Under the pieces are notes generated by a model. That model was not told the DNA's origin and searched no databases. It worked only from the letters and a program-made list of their open reading frames with translations. Shown here piece by piece: positions 1 through 12,020 of a stretch of 64,000 bases of DNA. The stretch is from Hypanus sabinus (lineage: Eukaryota): positions 55,986,001 to 56,050,000 of the forward strand of contig NC_082720.1 in the NCBI RefSeq assembly GCF_030144855.1, written 5' to 3'. Within the stretch, counting starts at the first letter, position 1; every line of letters begins with the position of its first letter. The position numbers and the translations under genes are program-made.

Positions 1-1310
1 TCCAACACAGACCCCTTTGGGACACCACTAGTCACCGGCAGCCAACTAGAAAAAACTCCCTTTATTCCCACTCTTTGCCTCCTTCCAGTCAGCTATTGCT
101 TTATCCATGCTGGAATCTTCCCTGTGATGATAATCTTTCCCTCTAGCTTGTTAAGCAGCCTCTTTTGTGGCACCTTATCAAAGGCCTTTCGAACTTCCAA
201 ATACACAACATCACCCGATTCTCCTTTGTCTATCTTCCTGGATATTTCTTCAAAGAATTCCAACAGATTTGTCAGACAATATTTTCCCTCGAGGAAACCA
301 TACTGTCTACGACCTATTTTTATCACTTACCTCAAGAACCCTCGGAGTTTATCCTTGATAATCGACTCCAATATCTTCCCAACCACTGAGGTTGGACTAG
401 ATGGTCTATAATTCCCTTTCTTCTGCCTCTCTCCCTTCTTGGGGAGTGATAATTGGAAATTTCCTGTCTTCTGGAACCATTCCAGAATTTAGGGACTCTT
501 GAAAGATTATTACTAATCCCTCCAGAATCTCTTCAGCCACCTCCACCAGAACCCTGGAGTGTACATCATCTGGTTCAGGTGACATATCTACCTTCAGATC
601 TTTCAGTTTTCCATGAACCTTCTCCATAATAATGGTAACTTTACACCCTTCATGGCCTCTGACACCTGGAATTTTCACCCTAGTGCTAATGTCTTCCACA
701 GTGAAGACTGTCACAAAACACTTACTCAGTTCTTCTGCTATTTTCTTGTCCCCCTCCATTACTAACTCTCCAGCATCGTTTTCTAGCTGTTCAATATCTA
801 CTCTCTATGTATTGGAAGAAACTTTTGGGATTCTCTTTAACATTATAGGCTAGATTACTTTGGTATTCTTTCTTTACCTTCTTATGACTTTTTATACTTT
901 TCAGCATCTGCAGATTTCCTCATGTTTGCTCTTTAATTGGTATTAATTTGGTATTTAATTTGCTTTATATTGGTATTTCAAATCTTCACAGTCCTCTAAC
1001 CTCCCTATTTTTTGGCTTTATTATATGCCCTCTCTTTGGCTTTATGTTGCCATTGATTTTACTTATAAGCTGCAGTTGTGTCATCTTTCCTTTAGACTAC
1101 TTTTTCATTTTTGGGATGTATATACCCTGTGCATTCTGAATTACTTCCAGAAATTCCAGCCAATGCAGCTCTGCTGTCATCCCTGAAAGTGTACTTTTCC
1201 AATCATTTCTGGCCAACTTCTCCTTCATGCCTCTATAATTCCCTTTACTCCACCGTAATGCTGCTGCACCTGACTTATGCTTCTCCTTCTCAAAACTCAG
1301 GATGATTTCG
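1..1310 (-). mobile_element. CR1-clade LINE, decayed ORF2 fragment
   Basis: Minus-strand ORFs 93-326 (QYGFLEGKYCLTNLLEFFEE...VVYLEVRKAFDKVP) and 406-759 (LKVDMSPEPDDVHSRVLVEVAEEI) match CR1 RT domains; frameshifted. Confidence 0.9.
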
Positions 1311-1329
1311 ATCATATTGATGGCTAGCA

Positions 1330-2600
1330 ACAAGAGGCCCAGCACCAAATCCCTGCATCACACCACTAGTCAGAGGCCTCCAGTCACAGAGCAAAGCATG
1401 AAACAAAACTTTCTTGATTCTTAAGCTAGGGCAATGTTGCATCAAATTTACTACTTCACACTGAATGCGCATGTTTGTCAAAATCTAGTCAAAGTCCTTG
1501 TACGCAACATCCACTTGCTTTGCATTTTCAGCTTTTTCTGGTAACGTCTTTGAAAATCTCTGTAAGCCATGTTGATTATCTCTAATTAGGCTGTATATCA
1601 AAATACTTATATATCCCGTCTGTTAGGTTACTATAATCCACTCACCACTGACGTTAGGCTGACCAGCCTATAATTACTTGGTCAAATCCTAGAGCCTATT
1701 TTGAACTATGGGACGATAGCTATCCTCCAGTCCTCCCGTACCACAAGATGGTTAGTGATTTTATAAATACCTCTGCCAGGGCCACTGCAATTTCTGAACT
1801 GGCCTCCCATAAATTTGTAAGGGACAATTTATCAGACCTTAAGGACATATCCATCCTAATTTGCCTCAAGGCAGCATGCACATCGACTGTCTATGACCTC
1901 ACTACTGCTTCGCCTTTGATCTATAGACTCAGTGTCCGACTCCCCAGTACATAAAGTTGAATGCAAAAAAATTCCATTTAAGATTGCACCCATCTCTTTC
2001 GGCTGTATGCATTGATAACTACGCTGATTTTCAAGTATACCAATTTTGTCCTGGCTATCCTCTTGCTCTCTTAACATGTGTTTTGTAACTCTTGGGATTC
2101 TCCTTCAACTTGTCTGCCAGAGCAACGTCATGCATTATTTTAGACTTCCATACTTCCCTCTCAAGTGCTCTCTTGTATTTCTTATACTCCTCAAATGTCT
2201 TCTTTGTTTTTTGTTGCCTATAACTGCAATGCAACACTCTCATCTTCGTAACCAGGGCTTCAACATCCCTCAAAAACTAAGATTCCCTAATTCAGCTAGG
2301 CCTGCCTTTTTTTTCTGTTCTACAGGAATATACAAACTCTATAGTTCCAATGTTTCACTTCTCAAAGCCTCCCTCCCATTTACCGAGCATCCCTTTTGCC
2401 AATAACCATCTATCCCAATCTATACTTGTCAAATACTTTCAGATACTGTTAAAATGGGCCTTTATCCAATTTAGAATTTAACCCAAACACTAATCCTATC
2501 CTCCTGTATGAATATCTTGAAACTAATTGGCTACAAACACTTCTGTCACCTGTCATATCTCATTCTCATATAGAATCTCTCAAACTGGGATCTCTATACA
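1330..2600 (-). mobile_element. Older decayed CR1 LINE fragments
   Basis: Minus-strand remnants (WRPLTSGVMQG; KLKENPKSYKTHVKR) typical of CR1 ORF2. Confidence 0.7.
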
Positions 2601-2679
2601 GATTGAGGAAGCTTTCCCGAACATAGTTTACAGACTCCATCCCATCTTTTCCTTTCACAGTATGGGGAAATGGGATAAG

Positions 2680-5600
2680 AAGATAAGGGACCACAGTACT
2701 AGAGAGTACCCATGTGGATGCACCTCTTCACAATAAGTACTTCTGTTTGAGTGCTGTTGAGGGGGACAGCCTACCTGGGGGAAAGCGACAGTGGCCGTGC
2801 CTCTGGCATAGAGTCTGGTCTCTGGCTTAGAAGGGTAGGGAAGGGAAGAGGAAGGCAATAGTGATAGGGGGCTCTATAGTTAGGTGTCAGACAGGCGATT
2901 CTGCTGACGCAGGAAAGAAACTCAGATGGTAGTTTGCCTCCCAGGTGCCAGGGTTCAGGATGTTTCAGATTGCATCCAAGATATACTGCAGTGAGAGGGA
3001 GAAGAGCGAGAGGTCGTGGTACATATGAGGTGGGGGGTAAATGCGTAGCTGAGGAATTGGAGGAGGGGACAGGAATTCAGATTTCTGGATCATTGGGACC
3101 TCTTTTGCGGCAGGTGTGACCTGTACAAAAAGGAAGGGTTGCATTTGAATCCCAGGGGGCCAATATCCTGGTGGGGAGGTTTGCTAAGGCTACTGGGAGA
3201 GGTTAAACTAGAATTGTTGGGGAGTGGGATCAGAACTGGGGAAGAGGAGGCTGCCTCACAAATAGAGAAAGCTTGTAGACAGTGCGAGAGGGAAGATATG
3301 CAGGTGATAGAGAAGGGACGAGCTTAGCCATAAGGTTTGAGATGCATCTATTTTAACACAAGGAGTGTTGTGAACATAGCTGATGAGATGAGAGCATGGA
3401 TCAATACTTGGAGATATAATGTGGTGGCCATTACAGAGACTTGGATGGCTCAGGGACAGGAATGTGCTGGGTTTTAGATGTTTCAGAAAGAACAGGGAGG
3501 GAGGCAAAAGAGGTAGGGGAATGGCACTGTTCATCAGAGTTAATGTCACTGCTGCAGAAAAGGTGGACGCCATGAAGGGATTGACTATGGAGTCTCTGTG
3601 GGTGGACTTTAGGAACACTAAGGGGTCAATAACTTTACTGGGTGTTTTTTTATAGGCCGCCTAATAGTAACAGGGATATCGAAGAACATCTAGTCAAACA
3701 GATCCTGGAAACGTATAATAATAACAGAGTTGTTGTGATAGGGGATTTAAATTTCCCAAATATCGATTGACATCTTCTTAGAGCAAGGGTTTCAGATGGG
3801 GTGAAGTTTATTATGTGTGTTCAGAAATGTTTCTTGACACAATATGTAGATATGCCTACAGGATAGGAGGCTGTACTTCACTTGGTATTGGGAAATGAAC
3901 CTGGTCAGGTGATAGATGTCTCAGTGGGAGAGTATTTTGGAGATAGTGATAATAATTTAATCTCCTTCACAATAACATTGGAGAGATATAGGAACAGGTA
4001 AGTTAGAAAAGCGTTTAATTGGAGTAAGGGGAATTATATGGCTCTCAGGCAGGAAATTGGAAGCTTAAATTGGAAGGATATGTTCTCAGGGAAAAGTATG
4101 GAAGAAATGTGGAAAATGCTCACGGGATATTTGTGTAGTTTTGGATAGGTATGTTCCACTGGGACAGAGGAGTTATGGTAGGGTACAGGAACCATGGTGT
4201 ACGAAGGATTTAATGAATCTAGTCCAGAAGAAAAGCTTACAAAAAGTTCAGAGAGCTAGGTAATTTTAGAGATCTAGAAGACTATAAGGCTAATATAGGA
4301 AGGAGCTTAAGAAGGAAATTAGGAAAACCAGAAGGGGCCATAAGAAGGCCTCGGTGGGCAGGATTAAGGGCAATCTCAATGCGTTCTATAAGCATGTGAA
4401 GAGCAAAAGACGTGAACGAATAGGACCTATCAAGTGTGACAGTGGGTATGTGTTATGGAAAAGGGGGAAATAACAGAGGTACTTATTGACTACTGTACTT
4501 CAGTATGCACTATGGAGAAGGATCTTGGTGATTGTAGTGATGACTTGCAGCAGATTGAAAAGCTTGAGCTTGTAGATATTAAGAAAAAAGATGTGCTGGA
4601 GCTTTTGGAAAGCACCAAGTTGGATAAGTGGTCGGGACAGGATGAGATGTTACCCAGGCTACTGTGGGAGGTGAGGGAGGAGATTGCTGAGCCTCTGGCG
4701 ATGATCTTTGCATCATCAATGGGGACGGGAGAGGTTCTTGAGGATTGGAAGGTTGCGGATGTTGTTTCCTTATTCCAGAAATGGAGTAGAGATATCCCAG
4801 GAAATCACAGACCATTGAGTCGAACCTCGTAGTTGATAAGTTGATGGAGAAGATCCGGTGAGACAGAATTTATGAACATTTGGAGAGGCAAAATATAATT
4901 AGAAAGAGTCAACATGGCTTTGTCAAGGGCAGGTCATGCCTTACGAGCCTGTTTGAAGTTTTTGAAAATGTGACTAAACACATTGATGAAGGAAGAGCAG
5001 TAGATGTTGTGTATATGGATTTCAGCAAGGCATTTGATAAATTATCCCATGCAAGGCTTACTGAGAAAGTAAGAAAGCATGGGTCCAAGGGGACATTTCT
5101 TTGTCGATCTATAACTGGCAAGGAGTAGTTGTAGATGGGTCATATTCTGCTTGGAGGGTTGTTACCAGCGGAGTGCTTCAGGGATTTGTTCTGGGACCCT
5201 TACTCTTTGTGATTTTTATAAATGACCCGGATGAAGAAGTGGAGGGATGGGTTAGTAAGCTTGCTGATGGCACAAAAGTTGGGGGTGTTGTGGATAGTAT
5301 GACGTTCTGTCAGAGGTTACAGCGGGATATTGATAGGATGTAAAACTGTGCTGAGAAGTGGCAGATGGAGTTCAACCCAGGTAAGTGTGAAGTGGTTCAT
5401 TTTGGTAGGTCAAGTATGATGGCAGAATATAGTATTAATGGTAGTGTGGAGGATCAGATGGATCTTGAGTTCTGAGTCCATACGAAGCTCAATGCAGCTG
5501 CGCAGGTCTACTCTGTGGTTAAGAAGCCGTACGGTGTATTGGCCTTCAATTGTGGAACTGAATTTCGGAGCTGAGATGTAATGTTGCAGCTATTTAGGAC

Positions 5601-6155
5601 CCTGGTCCGACCCCACTTGGAGTACTGTGCTCAGTACTGGTTGGCTCACTACAGAAAGTATGAGGAATCCATATAAATTGTGCAGAGGAGATTTAAAAGC
5701 ATATTGCCTGCACTGGGGGGCATGCCTTATGAGAATAGATTGAGTGAACTCGTCCTTTTCTCCTTGGACCGACGAAGGATGAGAGGTGACCTGATAGAGG
5801 TGTATAAGATGATGAGAGGCATTGATCATGTGGATAGTCAGAGAATTTTTCCCAGGGCTGCAATGGTTGCCACAAAAGTACACAGGTTTAAGGTGCTGGG
5901 GAGTAGGTACAGAGGAGATGTCAAGGGTAAGTTTCTTTTTGCTCAGAAAGTGTTGAGTGTGTAGAATGGGCTGCCGGAAACTATAGTGGAGGTGGATACG
6001 ATAGGGTCTTTCAAGAGACTTTTGGGTAGGTACATGGAGCTTAGAGAACTAGAGGGCTATAGGTAAGCCTAGTAATTTCTAAGGTAGGGACATGTTTGGC
6101 ACAACATTGCGGGCCGAAGGGCCTGTATAGTGCTGTAGGTTTTCTATGTTTCCAT
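2680..6155 (+). mobile_element. Near full-length decayed CR1 LINE (ORF1 end, endonuclease, RT, 3' UTR)
   Basis: ORF1 SGNH-esterase-like remnant (HLNPRG), endonuclease (GGKRGRGMALFIR), RT (SQHGFVKGRSCLT, VYMDFSKAFDK, SGVLQGFVLGPLLFVIFIND), 3' tail TTTTCTATGTTT at ~6150. Confidence 0.92.
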
Positions 6156-6495
6156 TCCTTCTGATTGCAGTCTCCTTACATAACTCTTCCTCAAATTCTT
6201 CTGACATTTGAAGTAATTTAGTTTCAAAGTTCATTTATAAATCTATGCTAAAATATTAACTTTACAGAGAAGCTGTGTCATGGAAATAGAAATTTTGCTG
6301 TGAATTGGGAGAGAAAATCACCTGGAATAGGTTGCAACTGATTCACTGGTAAGTCGAATATTAATAATATCAAAATGCCAATCAGAATAATTAAGAGTAT
6401 TCAGTAGAATTTCGTTTTTTTTTTCCCAAAACACATAAGCTCTATCAATGTCTTTACATTTTAATTGAACACCACAAAATTTCAGGAACCATCTT

Positions 6496-6594
6496 GCTTT
6501 AAGGATTGCACTCTGCTGAGATTGACCGTGGCTTATTGTCTCGCCTGTAACCAATAGGAGGCTTTTTACAGCGGGAGATCCATTGCTCCTCCCC
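6496..6594 (+). promoter_or_regulatory. Pcdh unit 1 promoter cassette (CSE-like + CCAAT + GAGATCCATTGC)
   Basis: GCTTTAAG 6496, ATTGAC 6521, CCAAT 6551, GAGATCCATTGC 6575; same order and spacing before the other units; CCAAT is 228 nt upstream of the ATG. Confidence 0.8.
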
Positions 6595-6778
6595 TTTGGA
6601 TAACCGAGCACCGAGAGGTTCAATTTAGATTGCAGACGCAGGACCTGCACATTAAGTACCAGTTAAGTCTCATGAATTTTGACATATAGGTTAATCAAGC
6701 TAGGCATTTTTGGTTTTTTTTTGCCGTAACATCTCTTTCAAGGATTTGGCAGTCAGAAAAACAACTGGCACAGAGACA

Positions 6779-9169
6779 ATGGCGAATTCGCAGAGCACTA
6801 ATTTCACGTTTAGGGCGCTGGTTTTTATTTCCTTTGTTTACGCGGCGAGCCTGGGCTTTGGACTAATTCGCTACACCATTCCAGAGGAAATGGAATATGG
6901 CTCTTTTGTTGGAAATATCGCGGAAAATTTGGGACTAACGAATCGACAATTATCAGCTCGAAAATGTCGCATTGTCTTTCTGGAGGGAAGGCAATATTTA
7001 GAGGTAAATTTGGATACTGGCGTCTTATTTGTCAGCAGTCGAATAGACAGAGAGCAGCTTTGTGCACAGAGTCCTTCCTGTATACTTGGCTTCCAGATAA
7101 TTTTAGAAAACCCTCTCCAAATGCATCGCGGTGAAGTAGAGATTCTCGATATAAATGATAATTCACCCACCTTCCCCGAAAAATCCATTCGCTTGCAGAT
7201 GGCTGAATCCATCGCACCAGGCTCTCGTTACCCACTAGAGAGCGCGCTCGACCTGGACGTGGGAGCAAACACAGTTAATATATACAATATTAGCACCAGT
7301 GAACAATTCCGTTTGAACGTCAACTTCAGGGAGGATGGGAGTACAATTGTAGAGTTGTTATTGGATAAGCCACTGGACCGCGAACAAGAAGCATCGTTTC
7401 AGCTCGTACTGACGGCCTTTGACGGCGGTAAACCTCCGAGATCCGGGACAACTCAAATCACCATCAGCGTACTGGACATCAATGACAATGCACCTGTGTT
7501 CGAGAAAAATGTCTATACGGCCAGCTTGGTAGAAAATGCGCCTTTGGGTACCTTGGTGATCAGAATCAAAGCTGTCGATCTGGACCAAGGTACTAACGCC
7601 GAGGTGAAGTACTCCTTTGCTAATCGTGTTTCAGGCCAAGTGCGTGAACTGTTCAGTTTGGACCCTGAAACTGGGGAGATCAAAGTTCAAGAGCAGCTGG
7701 ATTTTGAAGAAAAGAGCAGTTATGAACTTGATGTACAAGCGGAGGATAACGGATCACCAGCTATTACAGGGCATTCCAAAGTATTGATCAAATTAACTGA
7801 TGTAAACGATAATCCGCCCGAGATAAAGGTAACATCCCTATCTGGCAAGGTCCCCGAAGATGCTACACCTGGGTCAGTCGTAGCTCTAATGGACGTTACG
7901 GATCGCGATTCCGAGGCAAATGGAAAAGTTCACTGTGAGATTCCACTGGGCCTTCCTTTTCAAATTAAATCCTCTCTGAATAAGCATTATGAACTGACCA
8001 CAACCCGCCCGTTGGATCGGGAAACTACCGCAGTCTATAACATACCTGTCACAGCCTGGGACTCTGGGTCTCCTCCATTATCAACAAATAAAACTATCCA
8101 GATAACGGTGTCTGATGTAAATGACAACACACCACAGTTTTCGCAGTCTTCCTACGCTGTCTATGTGATGGAGAATAACGCTCCGGGTGCTTCAATTTTC
8201 GCACTGACTGCGTTCGATCCGGATATGGACCAAAACTCCTATATTTCCTATTCCTTCATCGGGAATCTGCAGGATTCGTTGGTGTCCACTTACTTCAGTA
8301 TTAACTCGATGAACGGTACCATTTACGCTTTGCGCTCCTTTGACTATGAGAAGGTCAAAAGTTTCCAGTTCCACGTTCAAGCCCGTGACGCTGGAGTGCC
8401 TCCGCTGAGCAGCACCGCTGCAGTGAATGTAATTATTCTGGATCAAAATGACAATGCTCCAGTGATCGTTTCTCCTTCCACACCGAGTGGATCATCACCC
8501 ATGGAGATACTGCCCCATTCAGCAGATCAAGGTTACTTGGTCACCAAAGTCTTGGCAACTGATGCAGATTCTGGTCAGAATGCTCGGCTCTCCTATCAGA
8601 TGGTTCAAGCAACCGATCCCACTCTCTTTAGAATAGGGCGCAGTTCAGGGGAAATCAGAACAACGAGAAGCATTTTGGACTTGGATGATACCTCGCAGAG
8701 TATTGTCGTTCTAGTGAGGGATAATGGACAGCCGAGCCTGTCCAGTACAACTACAATATTTTTGTCGATTTTGGGGAATGTTACTGAGAATGTCTCTGAA
8801 ACTAGTGATTTTCATAGTAATCCTCGTTATGTTTCCGACATGAATCTTTATTTACTTGTCACCTTCGGATCAACATCGATTTTGTTCCTTTTGATAATTG
8901 TCTTTTTAATTGTACTAAAGTGTAAACAAGATGGAGGCATTATTCAAGATGGAGGGTGCCCCATTTATTGTTGCCGGCCGAGGAATTCGAAAGAACTCTT
9001 TACCCGTGGCGATGCGCCAAGAGTTCAACTTGATTGTACTGGAACTGGTCAGACTGCACCCTTTCCCGAGAGGTATCATTACTCGGTGTGCTTGTCACCA
9101 GAATCATCCAAGAGTGAATTTCTTTTCTTGAAACCCTACAATCCATCTTTCACTCCAGGTCAATACTAA
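6779..9169 (+). CDS. Clustered protocadherin unit 1, 796 aa (signal peptide, 6 cadherin repeats, TM, short cytoplasmic tail)
   Basis: ATG in ACAATGG context aligned with the paralogues (MANSQ); EC1 IRYTIPEE...VGNIA, CAQSPSC; DINDN/DVNDN/DQNDN Ca-binding linkers; LDRE/LDFE; TM LLVTFGSTSILFLLIIVFLIVL; tail YSVCLSPESSKSEFLFLKP. Confidence 0.96.
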   Translation: MANSQSTNFTFRALVFISFVYAASLGFGLIRYTIPEEMEYGSFVGNIAENLGLTNRQLSARKCRIVFLEGRQYLEVNLDTGVLFVSSRIDREQLCAQSPSCILGFQIILENPLQMHRGEVEILDINDNSPTFPEKSIRLQMAESIAPGSRYPLESALDLDVGANTVNIYNISTSEQFRLNVNFREDGSTIVELLLDKPLDREQEASFQLVLTAFDGGKPPRSGTTQITISVLDINDNAPVFEKNVYTASLVENAPLGTLVIRIKAVDLDQGTNAEVKYSFANRVSGQVRELFSLDPETGEIKVQEQLDFEEKSSYELDVQAEDNGSPAITGHSKVLIKLTDVNDNPPEIKVTSLSGKVPEDATPGSVVALMDVTDRDSEANGKVHCEIPLGLPFQIKSSLNKHYELTTTRPLDRETTAVYNIPVTAWDSGSPPLSTNKTIQITVSDVNDNTPQFSQSSYAVYVMENNAPGASIFALTAFDPDMDQNSYISYSFIGNLQDSLVSTYFSINSMNGTIYALRSFDYEKVKSFQFHVQARDAGVPPLSSTAAVNVIILDQNDNAPVIVSPSTPSGSSPMEILPHSADQGYLVTKVLATDADSGQNARLSYQMVQATDPTLFRIGRSSGEIRTTRSILDLDDTSQSIVVLVRDNGQPSLSSTTTIFLSILGNVTENVSETSDFHSNPRYVSDMNLYLLVTFGSTSILFLLIIVFLIVLKCKQDGGIIQDGGCPIYCCRPRNSKELFTRGDAPRVQLDCTGTGQTAPFPERYHYSVCLSPESSKSEFLFLKPYNPSFTPGQY

Positions 9170-10079
9170 ATTACGAAGTTGTAATTACAAAGGTAAAGGG
9201 GAAGGTTGTTTTTTTTAATCATCACAGTTACTTAAGTTTGGGTGGGAACTACTCCTGGCTTTCGAACGTTGTTCATGATTAAAACCTTGCAATAAACACA
9301 GTTTTGTTATGAAGGGAATGTGATAGCCACCAATGAATTGATTTAAGTATGTAACTTCGATAACCAAGCCGCCTGATCGATGGCAGCCCAATTCCCTAAA
9401 CCCACCTCCACCAAACCCGCTAATCAGGTTTTTTTTATACCGTGACCCGATGACATTATAAAAGCAGAGCTCACTTTCCGAGCGGTAGACGATAAGGATG
9501 ACATTTTCTTCTCCCGTACTGTTAATCCATTGAAAGTCTGTATAGGTTGCACAGACTCTTATAGATTTATTCCCGGCATTTGAATTTCTTTATGAAAATG
9601 CAGAATTAAGATAACGGAAGTTTAATGGTTAATTTGACCATCAGATTCGGAGCATATCTAGACAAAGAGAAAGATTGTAGGCTGCTTCAAGGTTTAATTC
9701 CATTAGACCGTGTCGGTGTTTATGCTTCATAAAGATATTCCCTACTCCATATTCTTCATCCTGGGGCAGCGTTGTGATACTATTTATCTGCTTAGCAAAG
9801 TTTTACTTAAAATATATATCTGACTTGATGATATGCAGTTCAGTGTTCTTCAGTCTTTAAAATAAACTGTTCTTTTCTGAATAAGTTGCTAATTTATAAA
9901 TACAGATTATTTTTATGATCCGTAGTCTGCAGGTGCGTTATTTCCATTCTTTACGGTTTGCTAATGTAAAAAAATCTCTTTATTTAGCTTGTTAATTTTT
10001 GCTAGAAACTCTATTAGTGCAACTCAAAATTCATTGTTTAGCAATGCTCCTAAAGTTTCTTAATTTACTATAGTATAGT

Positions 10080-10530
10080 GGATACTAGAGAAAGTCCAGA
10101 AGAAATTTACATGAATTGCAGAGCGTGTCTCATGTCAGCAGGTTGAGTGAACTTTGCCTTTTCTCCTTGGAGCGACGAAGGATGAGAGGTGACCTCATAA
10201 ATGTGTATAAGATGGCCAGAGCCATTGATCGTGTGGATAGCTAGAGGATTTTTCCTAGGGCTGAAATGACTAACACAAGGGGGCTTTGAAAGTGCTTGAA
10301 AGTAGGTACAGAGGGGATATCAGGGGTACTTTTTTCATAAAATTGATGTGGTGGAGGCGGATACATTCGGATTTTTTAAGAAAATCTTAGGTAGGTACAA
10401 GGAGCTTAGAAAAATAGAAGGCTATACGGTAGGGTAATTCCGACAAATTCCAGAGTAGGTTACATGGTCGGCACAACATTGTGCGCCAAAGGGCCTGTAA
10501 AGTGTTTTAAATTTCTATGTTCTTATAGAA
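10080..10530 (+). mobile_element. CR1 LINE 3' fragment
   Basis: TTTTCTCCTTGGAGCGACGAAGGATGAGAGGTGACCT... same family as 5750-6150; tail TTTCTATGTT. Confidence 0.85.
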
Positions 10531-10534
10531 CTGA

Positions 10535-12020
10535 CCCTTTATCCTTTATCTCCCTCCTCAGCCCCACTCCAAGCTCTTTTCCCCGTAATCACGGATGCAG
10601 TGCGCAATCAAGAACCTTGGTCTCAAATATATCCAACCTTCTGGCCTCCACAGCTGCCTGTAGTAACAAATTTCACAAATTCGCCACCCCCAGCTAAAGG
10701 AATTCCGCCACATCTCTGTTTTAAATGGACGCACTCTATCCGCTCTCATCTCCCTTTAATTTTTTACATACTTGAAAAGGCTTTTTCTATCCGCATTCAT
10801 ATTATTTGCTAGTTTGCTTTCACATGTCATCATTTTGCTCCTGATGATTTTTTAGTTGCTCTCTGTAGAGTTTTAAAAACTTCCCAATCATTTGTCTTCC
10901 AACTAATTTTTGCTTTGTTTTATGCCTCTATTTTGCTTTTACATTAGCTTTGACTTCCCTGGTCAGCCGTTTGAGTATTTCTTTGTTTTTGGAATACATC
11001 TATCCCGCACTTTCTTCATTTCCCCAGAAACTCACCCTATTGCTCTGTTGTTGTCATCCCTTCCAGCATATCATTCCAACTTACTTTGGCCAGCTCTTCT
11101 CTTATATCATAGTAATTTCCTTTACTCCACTGAAATATTGTTGTGTCAGACTTCACTTTCTCCCTATCAAATTTCAAGTTGAACTCAATCATATTGTGAT
11201 CACAATCTCCTAAAGGTCCTTTTACACGAAGCTCTCCAATTACCCCCGGTTCACTACACCACACCCAATCTAGTATAGCTGATCCCCTAGTAGGCTCAAC
11301 TGCATACAGCTGCAAAAAGCCATCTCTGCGTATTCAATAAATTTACTCTCTTGGGATCCATTACCAACCTGATTTTCCCAGTCGACCTGCATGTTAAAAT
11401 CTACCATGACGATCATAACATTGCCCTTTAGATAAGCCTTTACTACTTCCCGTTGTAGTCTGTGGTCCACATCCCAACTACGATGAGGTGGCAAAATTAT
11501 CCACCTCATTTCCTATACTCCGTGCATTGAGATATGATACTTTGAGAACTGTATTTTCTATCCTTTCTGATCCTGCTTCCCTAACACACTGATACTCACA
11601 CTGTTGGCTGCAAGTTTGCCCTGTTATCTACCTTCCTTTCTTGACAGTCTGATTGCACACTGTCTTTGTTTTTTTTTTTAGCATCCATCCTATCCCGAGT
11701 CCGTTCACTCCATTTCACACAACCTCAAATTAGTTCAAACTCTCTCCAGCAGCTCTTACAGACCTGTCCGTGAGAATATTGACCCCATCGGGTTCAGGTG
11801 CAGCCCATCCCCTTTGTACTGGTCATATCTCCCGAGAACCTGATCAAAGATCCTGAAGCCCTGCCCATTGCACCTGTTTTTCAGCCATGCATCTATCTGT
11901 CAAATCATCCTGTTTATACCTTCACTGGCGCATGGTACAGGTAACAATCCAGAAATTATTACACTGGAGTTCCTGCTTCTCAGCTTTCTGCCTAGCACTT
12001 TAAATTCTCTCTTCAGGACC
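10535..12020 (-). mobile_element. CR1 LINE fragments (3' UTR piece, endonuclease, ORF1 end)
   Basis: Minus ORFs EPTRGSAILDWV...GDCDHNMIEF and VMVDFNMQVDW. Confidence 0.8.

Noticed and set aside
6710-6778. N-terminal extensions in the ORF track for unit 1 (6710) and unit 2 (16000)
   Set aside because: Non-ATG starts; the aligned MAN(S/A)Q ATG in good Kozak context gives a normal signal peptide and the shared 796-797 aa length.
9004-9012. RGD tripeptide in units 1, 2 and 4
   Set aside because: It lies in the cytoplasmic tail, so it cannot be an integrin ligand; absent in unit 3.
9188-9197. Donor-like AAG|GTAAAG after unit 1
   Set aside because: Downstream of the stop codon and not conserved as a strong donor in the other units.
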